Positions 8,842-19,220 of a stretch of DNA of 64,000 bases are shown here, in pieces. Source of the stretch: Deltaproteobacteria bacterium (GTDB lineage: Bacteria; Desulfobacterota; Syntrophobacteria; BM002); the NCBI GenBank assembly GCA_022340905.1, contig JAJDNB010000084.1:1920-65919 (forward strand). The letters run 5' to 3'. The position numbers and the translations under genes were made by a program. The notes under the pieces are model-generated. The model saw nothing but the letters and a program-made list of their open reading frames with translations. It did no database searches and was not told the DNA's origin. Position 1 is the stretch's first letter. Every line of letters starts with the position of its first letter.

Positions 8842-11800
8842 TTAATGGCGGGTTCGGCGATTATTTCTGTTGTTGAACCGACCACTTTGCAAAGGGCCGG
8901 GTCCATTTGTGAGGACAGCGGAAACGACATCTGTGCCAAAATAGCGGTTCACCTCTTCAATCATATTGCGATGGGGTTTCACTCTGAATCTGTCACTCAA
9001 CTTTATCACGGTTTCGCATTTTTCATCGCTGCAGAGATGGATGTAAGCTTTGCAGTCACCTTTATGCCTTTCCAAAATAGCCTTGAGATCCTCTAGATTA
9101 TCCTTATTGACTTTATCAAGCGGCAATTTTACTTGGATGGCCTGGGTGAAATGCTCTTTGGCTTCCAGGAGCGTAAGAAAGCGTTGGGCTATTACCTTGG
9201 CTCCCTTGTCTTCTTGCTGTAAGGTGCCCACAATGAGTAAGGGTTCATCCACTTCAAGAAGATGGAGACTGTCTTTATAGATGTCGGCAAAAATGACCAC
9301 TTCCACTGTACCTTGCCGATCTTCTAAAGTTAGAAAGGCCATGCGATCTCCCTTTTTGGTTGTAATTTCTTTGAGATCAGCGTTGAGACCGCAGAGCATG
9401 ACCTGGGTTCCTTCAGTCTTTTCTGTCAGACTGGCCGTGTCCACAATGGCAAAGGATTTTATCTCTTTTTCATAAGTGTCAAGGGGATGCCCGCTAAAGT
9501 AAAAACCCAGGGCCTCTTTCTCCACGGCAAGTTTTTGCCGGTGATGCCACTCGGGAATATTGGGCAGGGGAGGCTCGGAGCCCCGCTGCTGTCCGGCAAA
9601 GGTGCCGAACATGCTAATTTGGCCGCTGAGCCTGTCTTTTTGAATAGTCTGGGCCATCTCCATGGCGTCTTCAAGGGCAGCCATGGCCTGACTCCTTACA
9701 GGGTGAAGAGAATCAAAAGCGCCGCATTTGACAAGGCTTTCCACCACGCGCCGGTTGACCCTTTGCAGATCCACCCTCTCGGAGAATTCATACAGCGATG
9801 CAAAATTGCCTCCATCCAAGCGGGCTTCCATTATGGAATCGACTGCACCGCTGCCCACGTTCTTAACTGCACCAAGGCCAAAACGAATGGTCTTGCCCAC
9901 CACGGTAAATTCCCAGTAGCTCAGATTAACATCGGGAGGAAGAATCTCTAATCCTTTTTCCCGACATTCATTGATGAGTTTAACCAGGCTGTCTGTGTTG
10001 CTGAGGAAACTGTTGAGCAGTGATGCCATGTATTCCAGAGGATGGTGAGCTTTGAGGTAAGCGGTCTGGTACGAGATGAGCGCATAGGCAGCACTGTGAG
10101 ATTTGTTGAACCCGTAGCCGGCAAATTTTTCCATGAGATCAAATATGTGAGCCGCCTTTTTGAGATCAATCCCGTTTTCCTTTGCTCCACCTAGGAATCG
10201 ATCGCGCTGGGCTGCCATGACCTCCGGAATCTTCTTGCCCATGGCTCGCCGAAGAATATCGGCTTCACCGAGACTATAGTTTGCCAAGACGCTGGCAATT
10301 TCCATTACCTGTTCCTGGTAGAGAATTACCCCGTACGTTTCCTGGAGAATTTCACGAAGCTCTTCCAGCTCATACTTAATCTGGATCTTGCCGTGTTTTC
10401 CATTGATAAAGTCGTCCACCATGCCGCTTTCCAGAGGACCAGGCCGATATATGGCTACCAGTGCGGTAATGTCATTGAAATTTTCTGGCCGTAACCGGAC
10501 TACGAGATCACGCATACCCGAGCTTTCCAATTGGAAAACCCCAGTGGTATCTCCCCTGCAAAGGAGTTCGTAGGTTTTGGGATCGTCCAGTGGCAGATCG
10601 CGCATGTTCAGATCGATGCCGTGATTCTTATTTATAAGTTTTACTGCCTTGTCAATTACGGTCAGATTGCGCAGTCCCAGGAAGTCGAACTTGATGAGCC
10701 CCGCCTTTTCCACGTATTTCATGGGGAACTGGGTCACCACTTCACCCTTGGAACCTTTGTAGAGAGGCATGTACTCCACAATGGGTTTGTCGGAGATCAC
10801 TACACCAGCGGCATGGGTAGATGCATGTCGGGTCAGCCCCTCGAGCGCAAAGGCTACGTCGAAAAGCTCCTGAAGGGCATGATCTTTACGTAGCTCCTGA
10901 AGACGGGGTTCGATCTTGAATGCTTTTTTCAGGGTCATATTTATAGCTGGAGGGATAAGCTTGGCTATCTTGTCCACATCACCATAAGCCATGCCGAGAG
11001 CGCGGCCGACGTCACGAATGACGGCACGTGCCTGCATGGTTCCAAAAGTGGTAATCTGAGCGACCCTGTCCTTGCCGTAGCGATCTGAAACGTAATGGAG
11101 TACCTGATCCCGGCCGTTCATACAAAAATCAACATCGATGTCCGGTAAACTCAGCCGTTCGACGTTGAGAAACCGCTCGAAAATCAGACCATGTTCAATG
11201 GGATCGATATCAGTAATGCCAAGGCTGTAAGCAACAAGGCTGCCCGCTGCAGATCCCCTGCCTGGACCGACTGGTATTGATTTTTCTTTGGCAAAGTTGA
11301 CGAAGTCGGCAACGATGAGAAAATAGGTGCTAAATCCCATCTGCTGAATTACCGAGATCTCGTGTGCCAATCGGCGACGATACTTTTCCACCAGCTCGGG
11401 CCCAAAGTCTGGACGTCTCTTTCTCAAGTCTTTGAGCCTCTCTTCAAAGAGCTTCATCGTCTGATTTTCAAAACGGGACTCTTCCGACTCACCCGGATCA
11501 AGCGGAAAATGGGGAAAATGCGGTTCATCCAGTCTTAGACTGACCTGGCAGCGCTCGGCAATTTCCAGGGTATTTCTCAGGGCTTTTGGCACCGTACCGA
11601 AGGTCGCCCACATCTGTTCCGGAGATTTAAAAAAAAGTTCACTCGTGGAAAAACGCATTCGCTTTTCCTCGAGAACGGTCTTTCCCGTTTGGATGCAAAG
11701 GAGGACATCGTGAGCCTTGGCGTCCTCAGCTCTCAAATAATGGCAATCATTCGTGGCAACTAGTGGGATGTCAGTTTTTTTACTCAGGTGAATGAGGTCG

Positions 11801-12369
11801 CGATTAACGATCTCCTGTTCGGCAGTTCCTGTGGCTTGCAGTTCTAAATAAAAATTTTCTTTGCCGAAGATGTCTCGATACTCTAAGGCGGCCTTTTCGG
11901 CGCGAGTGTAACTAGCAGCCAAAAGGTGTGATGCAACCTCTCCATGGAGGCAGGAGGAGAGGGCAATGAGCCCCTCATGATGTAAGGCAAGTAACTCTTT
12001 ATCCACCCTGGGCTTGTAATAGAAGCCTTCAAAGTTGGCTAGGGTTAAGAGTTTGAGTAAGTTTCGATAACCGGTGTTGTTTTCAGCCAAAAGAACAATG
12101 TGGAAGGTTCGCCCCCCGGCCTCACTTCCACCTCGATCCTGGCGGCTTTGTGGCGCAACGTATACCTCGCATCCGATAATTGGCTTAATCCCAAGCCTGT
12201 TAGCCTTCACATAAAATTCCAGTACTCCATGCATGTTGCCGTGGTCAGTTATGGCCACAGCGGGCATACCGTACTCTTTGGCTGTCTGGAGCATGTCTTT
12301 TATGCGTATGGCGCCGTCGAGAAGGGAGTATTCGCTGTGGACGTGAAGATGGACGAATTCCTTAGGCAT
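8842..12369 (-). CDS. dnaE: DNA polymerase III alpha subunit
   Basis: FVHLHVHSEYSLLDG PHP domain, GRGSAAGS, PDIDVDF, KFDFLGL, GYGFNKSH. Confidence 0.98.
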   Translation of the reverse strand: MPKEFVHLHVHSEYSLLDGAIRIKDMLQTAKEYGMPAVAITDHGNMHGVLEFYVKANRLGIKPIIGCEVYVAPQSRQDRGGSEAGGRTFHIVLLAENNTGYRNLLKLLTLANFEGFYYKPRVDKELLALHHEGLIALSSCLHGEVASHLLAASYTRAEKAALEYRDIFGKENFYLELQATGTAEQEIVNRDLIHLSKKTDIPLVATNDCHYLRAEDAKAHDVLLCIQTGKTVLEEKRMRFSTSELFFKSPEQMWATFGTVPKALRNTLEIAERCQVSLRLDEPHFPHFPLDPGESEESRFENQTMKLFEERLKDLRKRRPDFGPELVEKYRRRLAHEISVIQQMGFSTYFLIVADFVNFAKEKSIPVGPGRGSAAGSLVAYSLGITDIDPIEHGLIFERFLNVERLSLPDIDVDFCMNGRDQVLHYVSDRYGKDRVAQITTFGTMQARAVIRDVGRALGMAYGDVDKIAKLIPPAINMTLKKAFKIEPRLQELRKDHALQELFDVAFALEGLTRHASTHAAGVVISDKPIVEYMPLYKGSKGEVVTQFPMKYVEKAGLIKFDFLGLRNLTVIDKAVKLINKNHGIDLNMRDLPLDDPKTYELLCRGDTTGVFQLESSGMRDLVVRLRPENFNDITALVAIYRPGPLESGMVDDFINGKHGKIQIKYELEELREILQETYGVILYQEQVMEIASVLANYSLGEADILRRAMGKKIPEVMAAQRDRFLGGAKENGIDLKKAAHIFDLMEKFAGYGFNKSHSAAYALISYQTAYLKAHHPLEYMASLLNSFLSNTDSLVKLINECREKGLEILPPDVNLSYWEFTVVGKTIRFGLGAVKNVGSGAVDSIMEARLDGGNFASLYEFSERVDLQRVNRRVVESLVKCGAFDSLHPVRSQAMAALEDAMEMAQTIQKDRLSGQISMFGTFAGQQRGSEPPLPNIPEWHHRQKLAVEKEALGFYFSGHPLDTYEKEIKSFAIVDTASLTEKTEGTQVMLCGLNADLKEITTKKGDRMAFLTLEDRQGTVEVVIFADIYKDSLHLLEVDEPLLIVGTLQQEDKGAKVIAQRFLTLLEAKEHFTQAIQVKLPLDKVNKDNLEDLKAILERHKGDCKAYIHLCSDEKCETVIKLSDRFRVKPHRNMIEEVNRYFGTDVVSAVLTNGPGPLQSGRFNNRNNRRTRH

Positions 12370-12419
12370 AGGAGTAGATCCTTAGCTTTGAAGCACGAAA
12401 TGGATAAGGCTGACTGACC

Positions 12420-12499
12420 TGAGATGTGGGATGTGTGATATGGGAAGGAACAGAAAGAAATGTTTTATCCCACATCCCATATCTCAGATCTCACATCGT
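12420..12499. repeat. Inverted heptamer array (GATGTGA/GATGTGG versus TCCCACA/TCTCACA)
   Basis: gagatgtgggatgtgtgatatggga ... tcccacatcccatatctcagatctcacatc. Confidence 0.8.
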
Positions 12500-12535
12500 A
12501 TGATACTTTTGTAGAAGATTTTCAGTACCTCGGAA

Positions 12536-13669
12536 CTATGAGGTAGATTCTTCCTCTAGCTTCCGCTGCAGTTCTCCCACAGTAATTGGCTGAACAACGG
12601 CCTTGCCAATTTGAGAGATAAGGACGAAATGGCAAATGTTTCCGTGTATCTTTTTATCATTTTCCAAAGCGGACAACAGCGATTCTGAATGTATATCTTG
12701 AGGCAATTCGGTGGGCAATCCTAATCCCCGGATCAATTTTAAGGCCCGGTCCGCTTCATCTCGGTCGAGTCCAGCCCATTCTTGCGAAAATCGAATTGCC
12801 ACGCCCATTCCGGCTGCCACCGATTCACCGTGAGTTAGCTTGTATTGCGAGGCGGCCTCAACAGCATGACCCAATGTGTGCCCAAAATTAAGGATGCGAC
12901 GCAAGCCGCTTTCATGCTCATCGTGGCTCACCACTCGGCATTTCACTTCAGCTGCTTTAGCAATAATGGTTTCCAATACCTCATTATCATTCTCGAGCAG
13001 ACAAGCCCTTTCCTCCTCCAGCAGAGAAAAGAGTTCAGCGTCTGCAATAAGAGCCGCTTTAATTGTCTCGGCAAATCCCTCCCGTCTGGTTTCGACCGGA
13101 AGAGAGACCAACACATCCGGATCAGATACCACCAGCAAAGGTTGATGGAAGGCGCCTAAGAGATTCTTGCCAGTGGGGAGATCGACACCCGTTTTCCCCC
13201 CAATGGAACTATCCACCTGAGCGAGCAGGGTTGTTGGAACTTGAATGTAGGGAATGCCACGCATATAAATGGCAGCGGCAAAGCCTGCAACGTCACCCAC
13301 CACTCCGCCGCCAACGGCTATAAGGAGACTCTTCCGGTCAAAGCCTCTAGCGATTAGCTGCTCGCACAATTGGAGAACGATCCCCATATTTTTTGCACTT
13401 TCGCCAGGTGGAAAGGAAAGCAACTCGGAATGTATGTTGTGAGAGCTTAGATTGGCTTGAAGTTGTTCGGCCACAAGTGTTTTTACAAAATCGTCAGTTA
13501 TCAGGCCATAGGAGGAAAAGTTGCCGATCCCTTTTATCTCCCTGTGGAGGTCATTAAGAATGCCTCGCCCCACCAGAACGTCATATGAGCGATCGGTTTC
13601 TGCTTTCAGCTCTAAACGAAGCCGTTGCATGGCTCGCTCACTTAGCTCGCCGCAAAGCACTAAGCTCAC
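12536..13669 (-). CDS. aroB: 3-dehydroquinate synthase (start may be ATG at 13630)
   Basis: GGGVVGDVAGFAAA, PTTLLAQVDSSIGGKTG, LNFGHTLGHAVE, HGESVAAG. Confidence 0.95.
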   Translation of the reverse strand: MSLVLCGELSERAMQRLRLELKAETDRSYDVLVGRGILNDLHREIKGIGNFSSYGLITDDFVKTLVAEQLQANLSSHNIHSELLSFPPGESAKNMGIVLQLCEQLIARGFDRKSLLIAVGGGVVGDVAGFAAAIYMRGIPYIQVPTTLLAQVDSSIGGKTGVDLPTGKNLLGAFHQPLLVVSDPDVLVSLPVETRREGFAETIKAALIADAELFSLLEEERACLLENDNEVLETIIAKAAEVKCRVVSHDEHESGLRRILNFGHTLGHAVEAASQYKLTHGESVAAGMGVAIRFSQEWAGLDRDEADRALKLIRGLGLPTELPQDIHSESLLSALENDKKIHGNICHFVLISQIGKAVVQPITVGELQRKLEEESTS

Positions 13670-13687
13670 AGCGGTACATTTCTTATG

Positions 13688-14731
13688 TCAAGCTGCCTGC
13701 TGATCGCGGCTTTCGAGCAATCTCGCCCTCTGTTTGTCAGTCAAAATAGGAAGAATAGCCTCTACCATCTCAGTGAACTGCGAGGGCAATAACGCTTGCG
13801 GACCGTCACTTAATGCCATTTCAGGCTCATGATGGACTTCGACCATCAAACCGTGGGCGCCGGCAGCCACAGAAGCACGACTCATGGGGATTACCTGGTC
13901 GCGGCGGCCGCAAGCATGGCTAGGGTCGACTATGATTGGCAGATGTGTCTCTTTCTTCACTACCGGTATGGCACTGAGATCCAGAGTGTTGCGAGAATGG
14001 TCAGCGAATGTTCTGACCCCACGCTCGCATAAAATCACATCTGGATTTCCTTTGGCCATAATGTATTCAGCAGCCATAAGCCATTCTTGTATGGTAGCCG
14101 CCATGCCGCGCTTCAGAAGAACGGGTTTTTTGGCCTCGCCGGCCCGGTTGAGCAAGGAGAAGTTCTGCATATTTCGAGCACCGATCTGGATGATATCAGC
14201 GTATTCTTCTACAAGATCGCAGCGCTCGTGATCCAATGCTTCGGTAACAATGTACAAGCCGGTTTCATCTCGGACTTTGGCCAATATCTTTAGACCTTCC
14301 TCTCCAAGACCTTGAAAACTATAGGGTGAAGTCCGCGGCTTGTAAGCGCCTCCACGAAAAATACTCGCACCCTGGCTCTTGACCGCTTCAGCAATGGTGA
14401 GAGCTTGCGTCTCACTCTCCACGGCGCAAGGTCCAGCCACCAGGACGAAGTTGTCGCCGCCGATTGCCACGTCTCCGAGCTGAATAATGGTGTCCACCAT
14501 ATCGAACTCTCTACTTACCAGTTTGTAAGGCTTGGAGACGGGGATGCATTCTTTTACACCGGGCAAAAGGAGGAATGGGGCAGGATCAATCGGTCCTCGA
14601 TTTTGCAGGATCCCTATGGCGGTGCGTTCTCCCCCCCTTATTTCTCGGGCCACATAGCCGTGTCGCTGGATGGCTGCCAAGACCTGATTTATTTCTTCTT
14701 CGGTGGCATAACTGCTCATAACCACCAGCAT
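13688..14731 (-). CDS. aroF: DAHP synthase, type I-beta with N-terminal regulatory domain
   Basis: AGPCAVE, GGAYKPRTSPYSFQG, IGARNMQN, DPSHA. GGAG RBS before ATG at 14731. Confidence 0.95.
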   Translation of the reverse strand: MLVVMSSYATEEEINQVLAAIQRHGYVAREIRGGERTAIGILQNRGPIDPAPFLLLPGVKECIPVSKPYKLVSREFDMVDTIIQLGDVAIGGDNFVLVAGPCAVESETQALTIAEAVKSQGASIFRGGAYKPRTSPYSFQGLGEEGLKILAKVRDETGLYIVTEALDHERCDLVEEYADIIQIGARNMQNFSLLNRAGEAKKPVLLKRGMAATIQEWLMAAEYIMAKGNPDVILCERGVRTFADHSRNTLDLSAIPVVKKETHLPIIVDPSHACGRRDQVIPMSRASVAAGAHGLMVEVHHEPEMALSDGPQALLPSQFTEMVEAILPILTDKQRARLLESRDQQAA

Positions 14732-14959
14732 GTGACTCTCCTTTCCCAGGTTATCAAATGGAGCAAAAAGAAGGGTGACAGTCGAAAGTGCTCCGAGGTT
14801 TCCTTGCGCTTGAATCGTACCAGGTGGCAACTCCTACTAGCATAGACCCCTCATGCTGTCAATGTGTTTCCCATTGCGCTCACTGGGCTCGGCGCATAGC
14901 GCAGAGCGAAAAGGGCTAATCTCTGAAACGCTATGCGCTATGCGCTTCGCGCTCTGCGA

Positions 14960-16210
14960 TTACGGGTGCAGCCCCCTGAGTAACATAGCCTCGGTTACGC
15001 GCTTTACCGCCACAATGTATGAGGCCATGCGCATGCTAACTTTTTCCTTCTGTGCCACCTCCCAAACTTCGCCAAAGGCACGATCCATAATGCCCTTCAT
15101 TTTTGAATTAACCTCTTCCTCTGTCCAGAAATACCGTTCAAGCCCCTGGACCCACTCAAAATAAGATACGGTTACGCCTCCTGCATTAGCGAGTATATCA
15201 GGTAAATGGTGTTTGCCCTTCTCAAAAAGAACTTTATCAGCGGCAGGAGTTGTCGGGCCGTTTGCCCCCTCGGCAACTATGTCTGCCCTGATGCGGTCTG
15301 CGTTTTTCTGGGTAATTTGGTTTTCCATAGCGGCGGGTATGAGGATAGAGCAGTCAAGTTCCAGTAGCTCTTCGTTGGTGATCTTGTCAGCGCCTGGATA
15401 TTCCGTTACAGAGCCAGTCTGCTCCTTGTGTTTTGCTAGAGCCCGAGGATCGAGGCCTTTAGGATTAAAAACCCCACCCTTGCTGTCGGAGACCGCAACG
15501 ACTTTGGCACCAGCGTCGTGGATGATCTGGGCGGCGTGGTAGCCCACATTGCCGTATCCTTGGACGGCAATAATCTGGTCTTCCACCTTGCGGTTCAATT
15601 TCTGCAGCAGCGAATAAATTGTGAATACACAGCCGCGGCTGGTGGCTTCATTGCGGCCGAGAGAACCGCCAACTGCTATGGGCTTGCCGGTTACCACCCC
15701 GGGCTCGGCATAGCCCACAGACACACTGTAAGTATCCATGATCCAGGACATGATCTGGGGATTGGTGTAGACGTCCGGGGCCGGTATGTCTGTTTGGGGC
15801 CCGAAAACATTGATTAGTTCAGAAGTATACCTTCTGGTTAAACGTTGAAGCTCTGGCCTAGACATTATTTTAGGGTTGCAGGCAACTCCACCCTTTGCGC
15901 CGCCATATGGGATATTGACCACCGCACACTTCCAGGTCATCCACATGGATAGGGCGGTGGTTTCCTCCAGAGTGATATCAGGGTGGTAGCGAATGCCACC
16001 TTTGGCAGGTCCACGAGAAGTATTGTGGTGAACTCGATAGCCCTCAAAGACCTCCACCTCGCCGTTATCCAGACGGATGGGGACCGAGACGATGTAACTC
16101 CTTGCCGGTTTCTGGAGTCTTCTGTGAATGGAAGGATCTAAGTTGATACGTTCGGCGACCTGGTCAAGCTGTTGCACAGCAACGTCCAGGGCGTTGTCTT
16201 TGCCGCTCAT
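14960..16210 (-). CDS. gdhA: Glu/Leu/Phe/Val dehydrogenase (glutamate dehydrogenase type)
   Basis: GPAKGGIRYH, GGAKGG, DIPAPDV, QGYGNVG, ANAGGVTVSYFEW. Confidence 0.93.
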   Translation of the reverse strand: MSGKDNALDVAVQQLDQVAERINLDPSIHRRLQKPARSYIVSVPIRLDNGEVEVFEGYRVHHNTSRGPAKGGIRYHPDITLEETTALSMWMTWKCAVVNIPYGGAKGGVACNPKIMSRPELQRLTRRYTSELINVFGPQTDIPAPDVYTNPQIMSWIMDTYSVSVGYAEPGVVTGKPIAVGGSLGRNEATSRGCVFTIYSLLQKLNRKVEDQIIAVQGYGNVGYHAAQIIHDAGAKVVAVSDSKGGVFNPKGLDPRALAKHKEQTGSVTEYPGADKITNEELLELDCSILIPAAMENQITQKNADRIRADIVAEGANGPTTPAADKVLFEKGKHHLPDILANAGGVTVSYFEWVQGLERYFWTEEEVNSKMKGIMDRAFGEVWEVAQKEKVSMRMASYIVAVKRVTEAMLLRGLHP

Positions 16211-16300
16211 GGTCACTCTCCTTTCCATAATTGGTACCGCGCTGAGCGCATGGCGCGTAGCGTTTTATCTGTAGAAGGTTATGCCACTGAATTATCCGGG

Positions 16301-17002
16301 CTATCTACCAAGGAGTCGATGCAGATTCTTTTCCTTCCAGGCCAGCATATGGTGATAATGTGGAAATTTTTCTTCGAACCGACGGAACCTTTTGGTGTGG
16401 GCCATTTGGCGGCCATTACGAGATTCTATTCCGAGATAGTGATGAAGCATTTCATGGTAAATGATGCCGGCAAGGACATATAGGGGGACATAGCTCCTGT
16501 CCAAAACCGGATTAATCCGGATCATCTTGGTCCTTTCCGAATAGCTCGCGAGTTTAATGGATTTTTGTCTGCGAACCGGCCTTCTGGCTCCCCAGGTTAT
16601 ATGGCAGTCTACTTTGTTGGCAAAGTAATCTTGATTGACCCGATCAAAAAGTTCCTTGAGGTTGAAGTATCTCCCCCGATGGCGGAGAACAACTCTGCGC
16701 GGTTTGGCAGGCGCTTTTCTGATTTTACTGTGGTGAGAAGCAACAAAACTTCGCAAAAGGGACGGTGCTCTCTTCTTGCGCCCAGTAATAAAACTCGCTA
16801 ATGACCTCAAAACCGCTGCATCTGCCTCCAGGAACATGTGATGCAATCTCACACGGAAACCATTATTGGAATTCCTGATATGAATCATAGAGTGGACGTT
16901 GTCGGTAATGGTGAGCTGAATGGGTCTTCTTACCAACCGGAGGAGGGACTCTTCGAGGTCCGATAAAACTTTCCCATCAATATTCCTGGCGATGGAGCCC
17001 AA
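16301..17002 (-). CDS. SprT/YgjP-like zinc metalloprotease-domain protein
   Basis: IRINPVLD, IIYHEMLH (HExxH), HTKRFRRFE. Confidence 0.75.
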   Translation of the reverse strand: MGSIARNIDGKVLSDLEESLLRLVRRPIQLTITDNVHSMIHIRNSNNGFRVRLHHMFLEADAAVLRSLASFITGRKKRAPSLLRSFVASHHSKIRKAPAKPRRVVLRHRGRYFNLKELFDRVNQDYFANKVDCHITWGARRPVRRQKSIKLASYSERTKMIRINPVLDRSYVPLYVLAGIIYHEMLHHYLGIESRNGRQMAHTKRFRRFEEKFPHYHHMLAWKEKNLHRLLGR

Positions 17003-17205
17003 GATTGTTGCCCTTCCTCCCCTGAGAGTATTGGATGCACTTCTAGCAGAAAAGTGTATACAAATACCAGCACTAATTTCATTTAACCATAGACTATGTT
17101 TATCATTGACAAGATGGTGTGGGACGATAAGCTAGGATGTCCTGTTCTTCGAGAATCGGAACCCAGGAACCCACAATTCCTCAGAGACCTAATACATGGT
17201 CGCAC

Positions 17206-17313
17206 GATGTGAGATGTATGATCTGAGATGTGAGATTTGGGATGTGAGATGTGTGATGTAGCAGTTCTACAAATGCTCTTCAAATCTCATATCCCACATC
17301 CCAGATCATACAT
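17206..17313. repeat. Inverted heptamer array (GATGTGA family)
   Basis: About 7 GATNTGN units at 17206-17259, inverted arm aatctcatatcccacatcccagatcatacatc at 17283-17313. Confidence 0.85.
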
Positions 17314-17341
17314 CAGAACTAATATTATGTGAGGTGAGCAG

Positions 17342-17764
17342 ATGGATCCGAAAATTAAACAAGCTATGCGGCAACAGGTGAAAAAGGAACCCTTCGCCCG
17401 GAAGTTAGGTCTTGATTTGATCGAGGTTGACGAGGGCTATGCGGTTGTAGAGATGGTGTGCACTGAAGAGATGGAGAACATTTTTCAGATGACTCACGGT
17501 GGTGCCATCTTCACCTTGATTGATGAGGCATTCGAAATATCCTGCAACTCCCACGGCACCGTGGCTGTGGCCCTGAATGTCAATATCACCTATCACCGAG
17601 CTCCATCACCAAACAGTACCCTTAGGGCGGAAGCCAAGGAAGTCTCGAGGACCAGGAAAACAGGCAACTATTACATTACTGTCAAGGACGATAGGGATAA
17701 TCTTATTGCCAGCTGCCAAGCTCTTGCTTACCGGAAAGGGGAGAAACTGCCTTTCTTGGAGTGA
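17342..17764 (+). CDS. PaaI-family hotdog-fold thioesterase
   Basis: NIFQMTHGGAIFTLIDEAF motif; GAGGTG RBS. Confidence 0.9.
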   Translation: MDPKIKQAMRQQVKKEPFARKLGLDLIEVDEGYAVVEMVCTEEMENIFQMTHGGAIFTLIDEAFEISCNSHGTVAVALNVNITYHRAPSPNSTLRAEAKEVSRTRKTGNYYITVKDDRDNLIASCQALAYRKGEKLPFLE

Positions 17765-18083
17765 ACTTCCTCCTTATTCCTCATGTCGACAGGATCATTG
17801 AGAGTCCGAATCATTGGAAAAGGCTGAGGTAAGACCTATTCGCCATAGAAATTTTCAGTTTGACTAACAGAGTTCTTCGAGTAATAGTTGCCTTCAGTTA
17901 CCTCTCTCCCTTACTCTGTCATTCTACTATCCAGCACCAAGTCCCTGATTTTTCCCAGCTACAGGGTGGTCCTATTGACTTTTGTTTCTCCCGGGTTAAT
18001 CTCCCAATAAGGAGAAGCGAACCACTAACTGTGGTTCATCCTAGGTCAGTTTTTAATCCTCCCGAAGAGAGGAGGTGTTTTCT

Positions 18084-18260
18084 ATGGCAAGCAATACATC
18101 GAAAAGCATTGGTGCGTGCTGCTTCAGGGAAAAGCGGAGATTGGTGGATGAGTTGAGCAATTGCGGCTATTGTTCCACCAGCTTCGAGGAATACAAGCGC
18201 TGTAGGCAGGAGGTGAGCCGTGATAGTAGCGAGCGCGCCAAGGAGTGTTCCCTAGGCTAG
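18084..18260 (+). CDS. Small Cys-rich protein (58 aa)
   Basis: AGGAGG RBS, ATG at 18084, six Cys, followed by a terminator. Confidence 0.6.
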   Translation: MASNTSKSIGACCFREKRRLVDELSNCGYCSTSFEEYKRCRQEVSRDSSERAKECSLG

Positions 18261-18287
18261 CGGTCAAAGATAACAAGTTTTCAGAGG

Positions 18288-18323
18288 CGAAAAAGCCCGG
18301 AAAAGGTCCCGGGCTTTTCGTTT
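18288..18323 (+). terminator. Intrinsic terminator
   Basis: AAAAGCCCGG-8 nt-CCGGGCTTTT followed by CGTTT. Confidence 0.7.
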
Positions 18324-18432
18324 GTTATGGTAATTAGAACTGAAAGAATATAAGCTTTAGCAAAGGAAAACGGGTTGTTTCACCGGGGAAGGAACGTTGG
18401 AATTTGAGGGGAGAGGTAACGGAGGTGAAGCC

Positions 18433-19059
18433 ATGAAGAGAGAAGGTAAGCTCTCCAGTTTTCATAAGAGCATGTCGTTGCTAGCCTTGATTTTTTTGTT
18501 GATTGCTTGTGCGGGACCTTCTGTAAAGAGGACAGAGGTAGATGAGACTATTGATCTGAGTGGCCGCTGGAACGACACTGATTCTAGGCTGGTCTCGGAA
18601 GAAATGATTGAAGACTGCCTAAATCGTCCGTGGCTGCAGAACTATCAGGCGAAGCATCAGGGAAAAACGCCAACAGTGATTGTTGGCACCGTTAAGAATC
18701 AAAGCTATGAACATATCAACACCCAAGTCTTTACGAAGGACCTGGAGAGAGCCTTGATCAACTCAGGAAGGGTGCAGTTCGTAGCCTCCAAAGATGAACG
18801 AGTAGAATTGAGGCAAGAGAAGGCCGATCAACAACAAGGTTTCACTGCCCCTGAAACGCAAAAGTCAATGTACAGGGAAGTGGGGGCGGATTTCATGCTC
18901 CAGGGATCAATCAATGCCATAAAGGATGAAATAAAAGGCAAATATGTGATGCTCTACCAGGTGAACCTCGAACTTGTGCAATTGGAAACGAATGTGAAAG
19001 CATGGATAGGCCAAAAGGAAATTAAAAAGGTGGTCAAGAGGAGTCGGCTCACCTGGTAG
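18433..19059 (+). CDS. lpoB: LpoB-family lipoprotein (PBP activator-like)
   Basis: Lipobox LIAC, IDLSGRWNDTD, GADFMLQGSI; GGAGG RBS. Confidence 0.8.
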   Translation: MKREGKLSSFHKSMSLLALIFLLIACAGPSVKRTEVDETIDLSGRWNDTDSRLVSEEMIEDCLNRPWLQNYQAKHQGKTPTVIVGTVKNQSYEHINTQVFTKDLERALINSGRVQFVASKDERVELRQEKADQQQGFTAPETQKSMYREVGADFMLQGSINAIKDEIKGKYVMLYQVNLELVQLETNVKAWIGQKEIKKVVKRSRLTW

Positions 19060-19220
19060 AGACAGCCTCCCTTGTTCCACCTACCTAGGCCTGGGGCGTG
19101 GGGCATAGAGCAAGGAGTAAGGAGTCAGAATCCAGAATTCAGGAGAAACATCTAAACTTCTTTCGAAGATTGGAATGCAGGAAAAGGGAAACCCTCTTTG
19201 GTGGAGCGTAGTGAGCACGA

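Noticed and set aside
8652-9096. Plus-strand ORFs downstream of the 8374 promoter
   Set aside because: They consist of heptamer repeats and dnaE antisense sequence; the promoter is better explained by the ncRNA.
8842-12369. Intein or split in dnaE
   Set aside because: Normal length (1175 aa) with contiguous motifs.
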